62,777 nucleotides of DNA from a virus (IMGVR_UViG_3300022413_000011:1-62777), one strand, 5' to 3'; positions 48,497 to 57,798 are shown, counted from the stretch's first letter. Notes: generated by a model from the letters alone, not told the origin. Program-made: numbers and translations.

Positions 48497-50041
48497 ATGC
48501 CGAACAGAAAAATTGTGGGGCTGGCAACCCTGTATGTTGCCCTGACGGGTGCAATGGGTCTACTTGTGTATATGGGCCTCACGGCAGTGGGGGCACAGGT
48601 AGACCCATTGGTTATTACCGTCATTGCCGTGCCAGTCACAACGCTGATTTTTGTGTGGATAATGAATAGCCAAAAAACTAGCCCTAGAAAAAACAGAGAA
48701 TTGGACTTCGTGGTGCCAGTGCATCGCGCGTCCGCGCCACCCACGGATAGCTCTCCACCAGTTACCCAAAAAGCCAAGAAGGTTGTCACGGACGCAGACC
48801 TTCTGGCCCTGCGAGAAGCGTCAAACAGAGAGGAGTGGGGGATTCGGTTTGGCAAAGGGAACGTGCTGTCTCGCCACACGGTATACTCTCTGTGGCTGGC
48901 GAATGGGGTCACCTCCAGGAATGTCCTTAAACTAAGGGACCATATGGCAGACATTATATATAGGGGTCGTGGGAACCAAGGCGAACAGAGAGTAAAAGTC
49001 ACCTTCGTGTCTCAGCCAGCCACCATAATAGTGCCACGCCTAAATCCAGACATCCTGAGATACTCCGACGCACCCACACCCGGGTCGTACACGGCAAACC
49101 TGGGGGTAACGGCATCGTACCCAGAAAAAGATGTCTCTGTGAACCTTGGGGGAAACAGCGAGTTCTCTCTTCTAATAGGTGGGGCTCCTGGTAGTGGGAA
49201 ATCAAATCTACTAGATGGCATCATCGTACAGTTGGCCATGCACAACTCCCCAGAGGACATCCAGTTTATCCTGGCAGACATGAACGAGAAGCACCTGTCC
49301 CCGTATGAGCGTATCCCCCACGTGAGGACTATGGTGAAGACCCCTGGGGAGATGATGAAACAAATCAGATGGATAAAGGAGCATCTGTTCAAAGGCAAGG
49401 ACGGGGATTTCTCCCAAAGAACCGTCCTAATTGTAGACGAGGCAGACTGGTACACGGGCACCCATGACTCTAACCCGAACGTACGGTCACTGCGTCATGA
49501 GTTAACCCTGATTGTAAACAAGGGTAGAGGTTTTGGCGTGTCAGTCATAATGGCAACGCAGAAACCATCAAACGACAATATGCCAACCAACCTGCGAGAC
49601 GCCTTCCCCACCAGAATTTCTGGCAAAACGGGGAGTGTCCCTCAGTCAACAATGATTTTAGGCCCTGGGTTCGACCAAGGGGCTTACCTCTCCGGGGAGG
49701 GCCACTTCTTTATCCAGGGACGAGAACAGGAGCGCGAGTTTCTCTCGTACCTTGTGGAGGACAGGGAGAAGGAGATACAGAGGATTGTTGAGAAGTGGCC
49801 AGGGTTTTCTAGGGGAGGAACATCGGTTGACGATGTGGAAATACCGGAAAGAGTTCTGGCTGTCTTCAGAGAGTGTGACGATGGTCTGGGAAACCTGTCT
49901 GGCCACAAGGTGAAGGCAATGAAGGCCCTGTCATCTGTTCTAGGCAGGTCTCACGCTGGAGACAACTACGCAGAGTTTACAGAGCGTGTGAATGAAATGG
50001 TAGACAAGTACAGGAGGGACAACCATGAGCATGGAGTATGA
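48497..50041 (+). CDS. FtsK/SpoIIIE-family ATPase with two N-terminal TM helices
   Basis: GGAPGSGKS, LIVDEAD, KGRGFGV, ATQKP, GAYLSGEGHF. Confidence 0.9.
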   Translation: MPNRKIVGLATLYVALTGAMGLLVYMGLTAVGAQVDPLVITVIAVPVTTLIFVWIMNSQKTSPRKNRELDFVVPVHRASAPPTDSSPPVTQKAKKVVTDADLLALREASNREEWGIRFGKGNVLSRHTVYSLWLANGVTSRNVLKLRDHMADIIYRGRGNQGEQRVKVTFVSQPATIIVPRLNPDILRYSDAPTPGSYTANLGVTASYPEKDVSVNLGGNSEFSLLIGGAPGSGKSNLLDGIIVQLAMHNSPEDIQFILADMNEKHLSPYERIPHVRTMVKTPGEMMKQIRWIKEHLFKGKDGDFSQRTVLIVDEADWYTGTHDSNPNVRSLRHELTLIVNKGRGFGVSVIMATQKPSNDNMPTNLRDAFPTRISGKTGSVPQSTMILGPGFDQGAYLSGEGHFFIQGREQEREFLSYLVEDREKEIQRIVEKWPGFSRGGTSVDDVEIPERVLAVFRECDDGLGNLSGHKVKAMKALSSVLGRSHAGDNYAEFTERVNEMVDKYRRDNHEHGV

Positions 50042-50510
50042 CATCCAAAGAATGCCAGAAGTCGATGAGGGGGTAACCAAGTCCTGGTCGTACAAAGCTG
50101 TGTTTCTGGGCAACCTAGCTGCCCTGATTGTCGTCATCATCGTGACCCTCGCTGGGATTGTCGCATACGTCCACTGGATTCTAGGAGAAACTGCTGGTAT
50201 AATTACGGCAATTGGATTCATCCTGGTTGCAGTCATGATTCTCATCCTGTTTCTGCATGACAGAAGTCAGGAGCGACACGTGGCACACCTGATGGGCACC
50301 GTGCAGGTTGCCCTACGGCACATTGGCCCCGCGATGAGAACGGACCTGGAGGAACAGGCCAAGACACACTGGGGTGGGGTACGGCAGGAGCAGAGATACT
50401 TTACAAACAGCGCACTCCTAGAAAAGCAGACGGATGAACGCCTGCGCGCCTCGCAGGAAAAGGTGGGACACCAGTTCAGTGCGCCACCGGAAGGATGGGA
50501 AGACGAATGA
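50025..50510 (+). CDS. Two-TM membrane protein coupled to the FtsK-like gene
   Basis: Two hydrophobic helices; overlapping start. Confidence 0.75.
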   Translation: MSMEYDIQRMPEVDEGVTKSWSYKAVFLGNLAALIVVIIVTLAGIVAYVHWILGETAGIITAIGFILVAVMILILFLHDRSQERHVAHLMGTVQVALRHIGPAMRTDLEEQAKTHWGGVRQEQRYFTNSALLEKQTDERLRASQEKVGHQFSAPPEGWEDE

Positions 50511-50872
50511 GGAGACTCACGAAAGATGGACGGACGCAGAGCATAACGAAATGGGCCAAGGAATTAGGTATATCTAGCCCCACGATATACAGAAGGTTGG
50601 ATCGTGGGGATACGGACGAAAGAGCACTGAGACCCGTTAGGGAGAAACTTGACAAACCTGACGCGTACGATGAGATAATCAGAATCTATCTCGACGCCCA
50701 AACCACTCCATCCATTAGACAGGTGGCCGACGAGATGGAGATGCCCGTCTCCACCATCGGGGACAGAATCCAGGAAATGGTGAAAAAGGGTCTGCTGAAA
50801 AAGGGCTCTGGGTCTCACAAGAACCTTTATGTTCCACAGGAGGGAGACAACAATGGGCCTCAACAAGCATGA
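50507..50872 (+). CDS. Double HTH protein (C-terminal LexA-N-like winged helix)
   Basis: WAKELGISSPTIYRRL; TPSIRQVADEM...STIGDRIQEMVKKGLL. Confidence 0.75.
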   Translation: MRRLTKDGRTQSITKWAKELGISSPTIYRRLDRGDTDERALRPVREKLDKPDAYDEIIRIYLDAQTTPSIRQVADEMEMPVSTIGDRIQEMVKKGLLKKGSGSHKNLYVPQEGDNNGPQQA

Positions 50873-51392
50873 GCAGATGCAGTTGTTTAGCAACGTTTCA
50901 ACTGAAACCAGGGAAAAAGCCCTGACAGACTACCCAGAATTGGCTTCTATAATTTTGGCCGCGAAGTCTCCCAATGGGAAACAGAATGGTCCTCACAAGC
51001 ACAATGCTGCCAGGACAGAGGTCGATGGGGTGAAGTATGACTCAACTGGTGAGAAGGACCGTCACTATGTCTTGATGCAGTGGCAGGAGACTGGCATTAT
51101 ATCCGGTCTAAAGCTGAAACCGACCCTGGTCGTTCAGGAGAAGTTCTCCTACAGAGGAAAAAAGTTTCAGCAAATAACGTGGACCCCGGATTTTAGGTAC
51201 TACGATAAAGAGTATGGCGTGTGGGTGTTTGAGGACTGGAAGAGAATGGACAAGAAGACTGGCAAGGCTTACATGACAGAGGATTTCAAGGTGAAAATCA
51301 AGATTGTGTTGTTCCGTTACCCAGACAATCACTTTTTCATTAACTGCCATCCGTACGGGAGGTACTCAGGGTCCCTGTACAGCACTGATTGA
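50853..51392 (+). CDS. DUF1064-family PD-(D/E)xK nuclease-like protein
   Basis: HKHNA...VDGVKYDS.GE, WTPDFRY, EDWK. Confidence 0.75.
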   Translation: MGLNKHEQMQLFSNVSTETREKALTDYPELASIILAAKSPNGKQNGPHKHNAARTEVDGVKYDSTGEKDRHYVLMQWQETGIISGLKLKPTLVVQEKFSYRGKKFQQITWTPDFRYYDKEYGVWVFEDWKRMDKKTGKAYMTEDFKVKIKIVLFRYPDNHFFINCHPYGRYSGSLYSTD

Positions 51393-51417
51393 CAATTTGG
51401 CAAAATCATGCTATGAT
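51389..51417 (+). promoter_or_regulatory. Sigma70-type promoter
   Basis: TTGACA-17 bp-TATGAT with TG. Confidence 0.8.
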
Positions 51418-51422
51418 AATCT

Positions 51423-51509
51423 CACTGTTTGTCATCGCTCATGATTAAACAGTGTCCTTTCATATGGAATAGGTCTCGGGATGGTGAATCTCCCGAGACC
51501 TATTTTTTT
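51423..51509 (+). ncRNA. Candidate ~87-nt small RNA
   Basis: Consensus promoter and terminator with no ORF between; 5' hairpin and anti-SD segment. Confidence 0.6.
51468..51509 (+). terminator. Intrinsic terminator
   Basis: AATAGGTCTCGGGA/TCCCGAGACCTATT followed by a T-run. Confidence 0.85.
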
Positions 51510-51519
51510 GCCTGACTTC

Positions 51520-51978
51520 TTAGACGGTAATTGAGAAATCCATTGGCTCCCAATCGCCATCCTCCCCGAGAAAGAAGCTCCGTAGACCCTCCTCGTCTAG
51601 TTCCACATCGTCATTTATGGTGTAGAACGGGGGGTTCCATCTAAGCATGTAGTACCCCTCATAATGTTCACCATCTGGGTCCCCCTTGCGCAGTATGGCG
51701 TCCATTACCCCGAACGTCATTGCCTTAGAGCGACCCAGGACAGAGCCTCCGGTCTTTATTTCAACCAGGGATATTTTTCCCAGGGGGTCCCCATTGGCAA
51801 GACTTCCGTATCTTCTCACGACGAGGTCCAGGTCTTCCAGGACCATACCCTCGCCCCCCGTTGGTAAGTTCTCCCTGGCCCAATCTCTCCAGGGTAACTG
51901 CTGATATAAATCCGGTCTATCGAACACTGGTTTACTCATAAAAACACTCTGTTTCCTGTTAGAATACATTCCGGGCAA
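51520..51978 (-). CDS. PD-(D/E)xK-like protein
   Basis: DLDLV...LVEIKT; start may be 51939. Confidence 0.5.
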   Translation of the reverse strand: MPGMYSNRKQSVFMSKPVFDRPDLYQQLPWRDWARENLPTGGEGMVLEDLDLVVRRYGSLANGDPLGKISLVEIKTGGSVLGRSKAMTFGVMDAILRKGDPDGEHYEGYYMLRWNPPFYTINDDVELDEEGLRSFFLGEDGDWEPMDFSITV

Positions 51979-51984
51979 AATAAA

Positions 51985-52260
51985 TTACCCCTCAGATGCC
52001 TTTTTTATGGCATTCTCTACCCATTCTGGGATTATGGACCGTGATCCACCTTTTTTTGGTTTTCCATACAGTCTGTGCGCCACCCTTCTGGCAGTGGACG
52101 TTGACTGTATGCTGGTTCCTTCAACTATCTCCCGGTAGGTGGGACCCCTGAAATGGGAGCCCCACCACCAGTCCACACAATCAGTTAATTCCCGTTCATA
52201 CTCCAGATTGTTCTTCCTCGACATCGAAAAATCCCTCTTCAAACATTCCTCGGGTGACAA
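51985..52260 (-). CDS. LexA N-terminal-like HTH protein
   Basis: GPTYREIVEGTSIQSTSTARRVAHRL; start uncertain. Confidence 0.6.
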   Translation of the reverse strand: MSPEECLKRDFSMSRKNNLEYERELTDCVDWWWGSHFRGPTYREIVEGTSIQSTSTARRVAHRLYGKPKKGGSRSIIPEWVENAIKKASEG

Positions 52261-52789
52261 GTTTTCTCAGGTTTCTCTTGTTATTCAACCAATCCTTAGC
52301 CCTGAAGCTAAGTTGGTATGTCCCACTGTTCCCCACAACCCACCCGGCCTTGTGTAGGTTTCTCATCCCCCTGGATGCCTCTTCCCCGTTTGACTCCAGC
52401 CCTATGGCAACGCTATTTACGTCCCATGAAACGTTGTTTGTATCTCTCGGATACACATCCCCTATTAACCACCTCAAGCACTTCCAGGGTGCCGTCTCCT
52501 TGCCCCTCCATGTATTACCAGGTAGCTCGAGTGGTTTGAGAACCATCTGGGGTTTCTCTTCCTCACTCTTCTCTGGAATATCCTTAACTGCGTGCCCAGA
52601 GGATGTCTCCACGTTGTCAGGCATACTGTCTGGCCCGAGGTCCCCTTCCATCTCCAGAACTTGCACAAGGCACTCTAGCACCTGCCCACCGAGTTCACGG
52701 TTCGACGGATAGCAGTAGTGAGTCTTTGAGTATCTCTTTTTCAGTGCTTCATACACAACGTCCGGTATGGAAACCGTTGCAATTTTCAT
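52196..52789 (-). CDS. Putative DNA-binding protein (RHH-like N-terminus, winged-helix-like C-terminus)
   Basis: ATVSIPDVVYEALKKR; GAAAGGA RBS. Confidence 0.6.
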   Translation of the reverse strand: MKIATVSIPDVVYEALKKRYSKTHYCYPSNRELGGQVLECLVQVLEMEGDLGPDSMPDNVETSSGHAVKDIPEKSEEEKPQMVLKPLELPGNTWRGKETAPWKCLRWLIGDVYPRDTNNVSWDVNSVAIGLESNGEEASRGMRNLHKAGWVVGNSGTYQLSFRAKDWLNNKRNLRKLVTRGMFEEGFFDVEEEQSGV

Positions 52790-53026
52790 TCAAGTGTCCT
52801 TTCTTGACCTTTTGGGTAATATTGAGTATTATGCTCATACGCGCGCGGCTCCCTCCAGGAGTCGCATATGAAAAATCCTCGTCACAGACATTCTCTCAGG
52901 AGAGAGAGAAATCGTAAGGGCAAGAAGTTTTCAAAGGCGTACCTCAAAACAGTAACCAAGAACCACCAGTAAGAATTTAGCCTAACCTAACACAAGTCAC
53001 TAGACCACCACACAGAGCCGCGCGCG

Positions 53027-53977
53027 TCAATCCACCTTCACAATCTTCGGTTTGTATATTTCGTGCTGTAAACCCCTCTGGTGAGAGGAGACCCACACGG
53101 TTTTCCCATTACTCAGGGTTCTCGTGTGTCCAGCCACGTCGAACCGGAACGACACATGCCTCCCTGTGTTTCTCCTGCCCTCGCTGGGTGCATATCTGTT
53201 CTTGTTCCACTTGCAGATATAGTAATCAGGCAATTCTCGTTTGCCCTTCCGTCGCCTTTTTCTGTTTATATCATGATGGCTGGTTCTCTCCAGTTCCATG
53301 CCAGAAGAATTCATGTAAACAATACATAGCTGGGCTAAGTTTACAATTCTCTGCTTGTCCATCCTGCCAGTTTCAGTTCCCCCGGTGCTGGGATCGTAAT
53401 GAACCTCGCCCCTTTTATTCATATAGGCGATTGCCCGATTATGAGCCGTGCTACCGTAATAGGCAGACACAGAAAAAGCACGGTTAGACTCAAGTTCACC
53501 TTCATCTGGAAACCCTATAACCAATCCTGCGACCACATCATCCGTTTCTTCGTCTATCTTATGGATTGTATCAACACCAAGAATCCTTGCTGCCTCTTTA
53601 GGTGAAATCTCTCCTGGAGATGGTGGGCCAGGGTCAACCAGGAACTCACTCTGGGGAATGGCCTCCGTGAACTGGATTACCATGTATCTAAATGGTATAT
53701 CGTATGACCCGGGAACAATCGGCCTGTCCACGACCCTGAGAAACTCTGTGATTTGCTCAGTCGAAAACAGGACTGTCTGCGCACTTGAACAAATGTGCGC
53801 ATTCACGATTATGTCCACCAGGTCTGCCAGACTTCCTCTCTCGTCCTCTGGAACAAGAAGCATGGCATCGGGAGATAAAATGTTGCTTGCCGTAACTCCG
53901 TATTGAGAAAAATGTTTAAAACCTGCTGACCCAGCCTTTACTGCCAAAGCCAGGATTTCGTCCTTTATGAGCCTCAT
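53027..53977 (-). CDS. Phage hypothetical protein with basic C-terminal VxGHxR motif
   Basis: INRKRRRKGK...FDVAGHTR...VWVSSHQRG; AGGGGAGG RBS. Confidence 0.75.
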   Translation of the reverse strand: MRLIKDEILALAVKAGSAGFKHFSQYGVTASNILSPDAMLLVPEDERGSLADLVDIIVNAHICSSAQTVLFSTEQITEFLRVVDRPIVPGSYDIPFRYMVIQFTEAIPQSEFLVDPGPPSPGEISPKEAARILGVDTIHKIDEETDDVVAGLVIGFPDEGELESNRAFSVSAYYGSTAHNRAIAYMNKRGEVHYDPSTGGTETGRMDKQRIVNLAQLCIVYMNSSGMELERTSHHDINRKRRRKGKRELPDYYICKWNKNRYAPSEGRRNTGRHVSFRFDVAGHTRTLSNGKTVWVSSHQRGLQHEIYKPKIVKVD

Positions 53978-53987
53978 TCTCCTCCCC

Positions 53988-54623
53988 TTAAGGTGTGCAT
54001 CGCCCTGGATAGACACACGGATTTTCCAGAGCCATTTTGTTTGGTAAGAATGGGAAATATATCAGGTTCGCGATGTACTTGTCCTCTGGCTCCGTTTCTC
54101 CTCCTACAGACGGCCACTGAAACACACCGTACACGTTCCCCTGAGACTCTATGCAGTATGGGCCAGAGTTCTGCGCATAAAAGACGAACTCAAACGTATT
54201 TGCCTCTCCAGTCAGGTCACTTAGCACCTGACCGTTACATGGGGTTATATAAAGGGCTTCCCCTGGGTTGTGCGCCAACACAACTCCTCTCACAACGGTG
54301 TGGCCGATGATACCCACCTCAGAATCCACAATATTGTGGATTCTGTGTATCTTCTCAAGCTTTGGGATGTTCACGTTGCAATTTTCTGAGCAACTCCACG
54401 CCGCGCGACTATCTTTCGATAGTGGGACCCCTACTCTCACGGAGTCTTCTTGCTGGGTGTAATGGTAATATACCCCATCCTCGCATGACTCACCGACACA
54501 CGTGAGAGAGACAGACGGCAGGCTGGAATCCTCGATTCCACTCGCTCTTACGCTAGGCAGGAAAACTGTAAAATGTAGCAGGAAAACTGTAAAACACAAG
54601 AAAAATCTCATACCAAACTCCAT
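53988..54623 (-). CDS. Secreted Cys-rich protein with C-terminal IYFPFL motif
   Basis: Signal peptide (VRA-S); LIYFPFLPN. Confidence 0.7.
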   Translation of the reverse strand: MEFGMRFFLCFTVFLLHFTVFLPSVRASGIEDSSLPSVSLTCVGESCEDGVYYHYTQQEDSVRVGVPLSKDSRAAWSCSENCNVNIPKLEKIHRIHNIVDSEVGIIGHTVVRGVVLAHNPGEALYITPCNGQVLSDLTGEANTFEFVFYAQNSGPYCIESQGNVYGVFQWPSVGGETEPEDKYIANLIYFPFLPNKMALENPCVYPGRCTP

Positions 54624-54637
54624 TTGCTACACCGACA

Positions 54638-54874
54638 CTATGTAATTGTTACTCCGCGTACGACCTCTGACGAATACCGGACAATCCTGATTTTTTCGAT
54701 TCCATGAGTTTCGCACGCGACTTGGTATAATTTACTCGCCCTGTCTTCAGTGAACTTCGTGATGCCCCCATCCACCTCTGGAAGTGCTTGCCAGTAGGGT
54801 TCTTCACCCACACCATCGGTCCATAGATGAATTTCGTAGTAGGTGCCAATGGCGCGCGCGTTAATCCTCATCAA
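54638..54874 (-). CDS. Hypothetical protein
   Basis: Coupled ORF. Confidence 0.6.
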   Translation of the reverse strand: MMRINARAIGTYYEIHLWTDGVGEEPYWQALPEVDGGITKFTEDRASKLYQVACETHGIEKIRIVRYSSEVVRGVTIT

Positions 54875-55166
54875 TCATTTCCCCTAAAAATATTCTAACC
54901 TTTTCCTGGATAAGATCCAGATTGTCCACAACCCCACCTTTCCCCAACTGGTATCCTGCTGCAAATAGTGCCCTTTCCTCAAAGGTTGAACTATCGCTCA
55001 TGTACTCTTCTACATAGGCGATTATCTTTTGTAGATCCGTTATCAAGATGGAGTACCATCTGTCGATGGGCTTCCTTTCCAGGGTCCTGTGTGACTTGGC
55101 CACAGAAAGGGCTTCTCTAAGGTGATGCAAAAGTTGCTCGTCATAGTGGTCTTTTTCTGTATACAA
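54861..55166 (-). CDS. Hypothetical protein
   Basis: AGGAGG RBS before TTG. Confidence 0.65.
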   Translation of the reverse strand: MYTEKDHYDEQLLHHLREALSVAKSHRTLERKPIDRWYSILITDLQKIIAYVEEYMSDSSTFEERALFAAGYQLGKGGVVDNLDLIQEKVRIFLGEMIDED

Positions 55167-55176
55167 GGTAAGCCTC

Positions 55177-55926
55177 CTAGTTAAAAATCATGGACAACCA
55201 CACCCAGAACATTCCTTCTGGCTCCTCATTCTCGGGTAGCGACAGGGCGCATTCCTGGCTGTCTATACACGGAGTCGGTGTGGGGGTCGAGATGACAACC
55301 GTCACCTCTGGCATCGGTGTGTCTGGCTCACTCACCGTGGTGGGGATAATGGTTGTGACCGTCACGGCAGGAACTCGCGTGCTTGTTGGCGTTGGGGTTT
55401 CTGTTGGAGATGGACCCGTGGTTGGCGTTTCTAGGGGAACCACGTAGTCGAGTGCATAAAAGCTCTCGGTTCCCCTCCAGCAAAAGTCCCCCTCGTAGGG
55501 GGCTGTGAAAAATCCATACCACGTGAGTGTCACAGGCACATCTAGCAGGGAGACATCATTTGTGCAATCCGTAATAGATTCCGTCCGGTCAGCACGGTCC
55601 CTGTCTAAACCCAGTAGCAATACAGTCTGGCTTTGCTTTAGATACGCCAGGGGTGCCACTGTGGTGGCTGGCAGCATGGTTACCAGGGGGATGTCGCTGT
55701 CACAGTCCCCACCATCGCATCTCCAGCATTCCACGGTCTGGGCATCACTCTCTTCTGTTGGTCTTGCAATAACGGCTCTACGGAACTTCACGAAGTAATT
55801 ACCATCGAGGTTACCACACTGCTCCTGACCACTGCCTATATGGGTCAGGATGGGGAAGTTGCTCTGCGACAACACCGTCACAGGGGTGGCCAAAAGAACT
55901 AAAATGGCCACAATTAGTTGTCTCAC
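55177..55926 (-). CDS. Secreted protein with Pro/Thr linker and C-terminal VWLSMI motif
   Basis: Signal peptide; TPTTGPSPTETPTPT; FWVWLSMIFN. Confidence 0.8.
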   Translation of the reverse strand: MRQLIVAILVLLATPVTVLSQSNFPILTHIGSGQEQCGNLDGNYFVKFRRAVIARPTEESDAQTVECWRCDGGDCDSDIPLVTMLPATTVAPLAYLKQSQTVLLLGLDRDRADRTESITDCTNDVSLLDVPVTLTWYGFFTAPYEGDFCWRGTESFYALDYVVPLETPTTGPSPTETPTPTSTRVPAVTVTTIIPTTVSEPDTPMPEVTVVISTPTPTPCIDSQECALSLPENEEPEGMFWVWLSMIFN

Positions 55927-56033
55927 GACTCTGTGTCCTTTCCTTCACTTCGTGCGCCAACAATCACGGCACACACAAATACAAACGACGAACATATTGC
56001 AAAAAAGAGGAACAGGCATAACAGGAACTCCAA
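55923..56033 (-). CDS. 36-aa single-TM peptide
   Basis: AAAGGA RBS, TTG start, GTGA overlap with the next gene. Confidence 0.5.
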   Translation of the reverse strand: MEFLLCLFLFFAICSSFVFVCAVIVGARSEGKDTES

Positions 56034-56159
56034 TGCCTATCCTTTATCCACCACACCGTCTATCTGCTGGCTCGTTCAGTGAGCACCACACAGAAGGATG
56101 AGCAGAAATGCTTTTCAAAGCTCCCTCATGGCCCGAATAGCTGTCTCAAATGCAGTAGA

Positions 56160-56264
56160 TTATCCACCTCTCTTATGTTCCCACACGACCACGGCAAACA
56201 GAATGACCAGGGAAACAAATGCCAGCAAAAAAGCTACGATGTCTTGCCTATCTAAGAGCGACAT
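56160..56264 (-). CDS. 34-aa single-TM peptide
   Basis: MSLLDRQDIVAFLLAFVSLVILFAVVVWEHKRGG. Confidence 0.45.
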   Translation of the reverse strand: MSLLDRQDIVAFLLAFVSLVILFAVVVWEHKRGG

Positions 56265-56346
56265 GGGGGAAGTCGCTTGGACCCAGCAAGGTCAGCAGAA
56301 AATAGAGGAAAATCACGGAAACAACAAACAGAATAAACGACCTCAT
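56248..56346 (-). CDS. 32-aa single-TM peptide
   Basis: ATGA overlap; MRSFILFVVSVIFLYFLLTLLGPSDFPHVALR. Confidence 0.5.
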   Translation of the reverse strand: MRSFILFVVSVIFLYFLLTLLGPSDFPHVALR

Positions 56347-56477
56347 TCTATGACATCCTCGAGAATGTTTTTCCTCTTGATTCGTTTCGCTTCCATGAGT
56401 CCCAACCTCACCCCCACCCCTACCAGCAGGATGGTGCTAACTAGTGAGAATGAAATCACGACCAATATGTCTCTCAT
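56343..56477 (-). CDS. 44-aa single-TM peptide
   Basis: GGGGTG RBS; MRDILVVISFSLVSTILLVGVGVRLG. Confidence 0.55.
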   Translation of the reverse strand: MRDILVVISFSLVSTILLVGVGVRLGLMEAKRIKRKNILEDVIE

Positions 56478-56511
56478 GTCACCCCACCACGTTCTTGTCA
56501 GGAACGTTTTT

Positions 56512-57138
56512 CTATAAAAGGTCAGCACTAATAAGCATCGAAACAAACTCCTCCTTGTTTCGAGGGGCGAACGAGGCCATCAGGCAGGACACGAACGTGC
56601 CCAGGGGAATAGAATGACCATTTCTGAAGGTGGAATTTATCGCAACCTGACTCGCGTCCCCGTCCCCCGTCGCTTTCGATTTCGCTACTGTGGATATTGC
56701 AAAAGGCACATCCAGTTCGACAAGCTGCCTGTGCGCTTCTTCCACAACTCTTCGCACCTTCTCGACCGTTTCCTCATCCCCGTATTCCGGCCTATCCGAC
56801 ATGAGGGAATTTCTGAGATTCCCGGGTCTTCCATTCGCCATGTCTATCACGAAATGGATAAACTCGTGCGGTAGCTCCATCAAAGCGCACATTGCCTCGA
56901 TCAAGCATGAGCCATCTTCCTTACGGGACACCTGGGACACCACGCTGTCATCTAGTTCGACCGTGGCCATCACGGTAACCCCATTTTCACTGGCAACACG
57001 GAGGGCTTCCCCCAGTAAATCCAGAACCATCTGCTGATGGGGGTTAATCCCTTTATCATCACCTTGTTCAGACGGTGGCTCCCCACCACTTCTGAGGAAT
57101 TCCTCTATCTCTGAGCACAACTCTTTTTGTTTTTCCAT
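56512..57138 (-). CDS. Hypothetical protein, possibly two similar halves
   Basis: ATG 57138 after AAGGAG. Confidence 0.7.
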   Translation of the reverse strand: MEKQKELCSEIEEFLRSGGEPPSEQGDDKGINPHQQMVLDLLGEALRVASENGVTVMATVELDDSVVSQVSRKEDGSCLIEAMCALMELPHEFIHFVIDMANGRPGNLRNSLMSDRPEYGDEETVEKVRRVVEEAHRQLVELDVPFAISTVAKSKATGDGDASQVAINSTFRNGHSIPLGTFVSCLMASFAPRNKEEFVSMLISADLL

Positions 57139-57185
57139 GTATCTCCTTATCGCTCCTGCTATGATTATTAAATCCGGCAATACTT

Positions 57186-57214
57186 ATTGTACACTGATTG
57201 TGGGATTTTTGCAA
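57186..57214 (-). promoter_or_regulatory. Sigma70-type promoter (leftward)
   Basis: TTGCAA-17 bp-TACAAT on the minus strand. Confidence 0.7.
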
Positions 57215-57302
57215 GAGCTATAGCCCTTCAGGGGTGATTGTAGCACATATTATCTGAAAAATCAATCGGTACGAAACAGGATGAGTCTGCCAGTATCGTA
57301 AT

Positions 57303-57343
57303 TTGTCACTTATTAAATAATATGATATACTATTATTTAATAA
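57303..57343 (+). promoter_or_regulatory. Promoter overlapped by a 13-8-13 inverted repeat
   Basis: TTGTCA-17 bp-TATACT; TTATTAAATAATA-TGATATAC-TATTATTTAATAA. Confidence 0.75.
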
Positions 57344-57360
57344 TCACATGGGAGAGAGAC

Positions 57361-57798
57361 ATGAAGTACGCAACAACATTTAGTATGGACAAGGAAGTGG
57401 TGGACCTGCTGGCAGAGATGGCAGGGTCGCGCAGAAAGATGGGTAAGCTCCTGGGAACCCTCATTATGCAGGAGGCGTGCAGGAGGGGGTTAGAGGAATC
57501 CCAAGATGGCGTGTTTCAGTCTGAAGTGCTCTCTGAAATCACGGATGGGGTATTTGGGAATGAGTTCCTCGAGATTGTCCCGATGATTCACGGGACTGCT
57601 CACGTGAGGATAACCAAGAATGTTCTTAATGGCCCAGAAGTGGGTCTGGTACTGTCATCTCTGTACCTGTTGCACGTTGCCCTTTCTGTGACGAGGTATG
57701 AGAGTGTTGTGTTGAGCCAAGGGGATGACACGGTTCCGGGGTTAGCAGAGGCGATTCGTATGGCAATTAGAGCGAGTGAAATACTTGGAAAGGAGTAG
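57361..57798 (+). CDS. Ribbon-helix-helix-like regulator
   Basis: ATTFSMDKEVVDLLAEMA...MGKLLGTLIMQEA; GGAG RBS. Confidence 0.6.
   Translation: MKYATTFSMDKEVVDLLAEMAGSRRKMGKLLGTLIMQEACRRGLEESQDGVFQSEVLSEITDGVFGNEFLEIVPMIHGTAHVRITKNVLNGPEVGLVLSSLYLLHVALSVTRYESVVLSQGDDTVPGLAEAIRMAIRASEILGKE

Noticed and set aside
54557-54594. 17-bp direct repeat as a regulatory site
   Set aside because: Lies within a signal-peptide coding region (FTVFL x2, period 21); best explained as a small in-frame duplication
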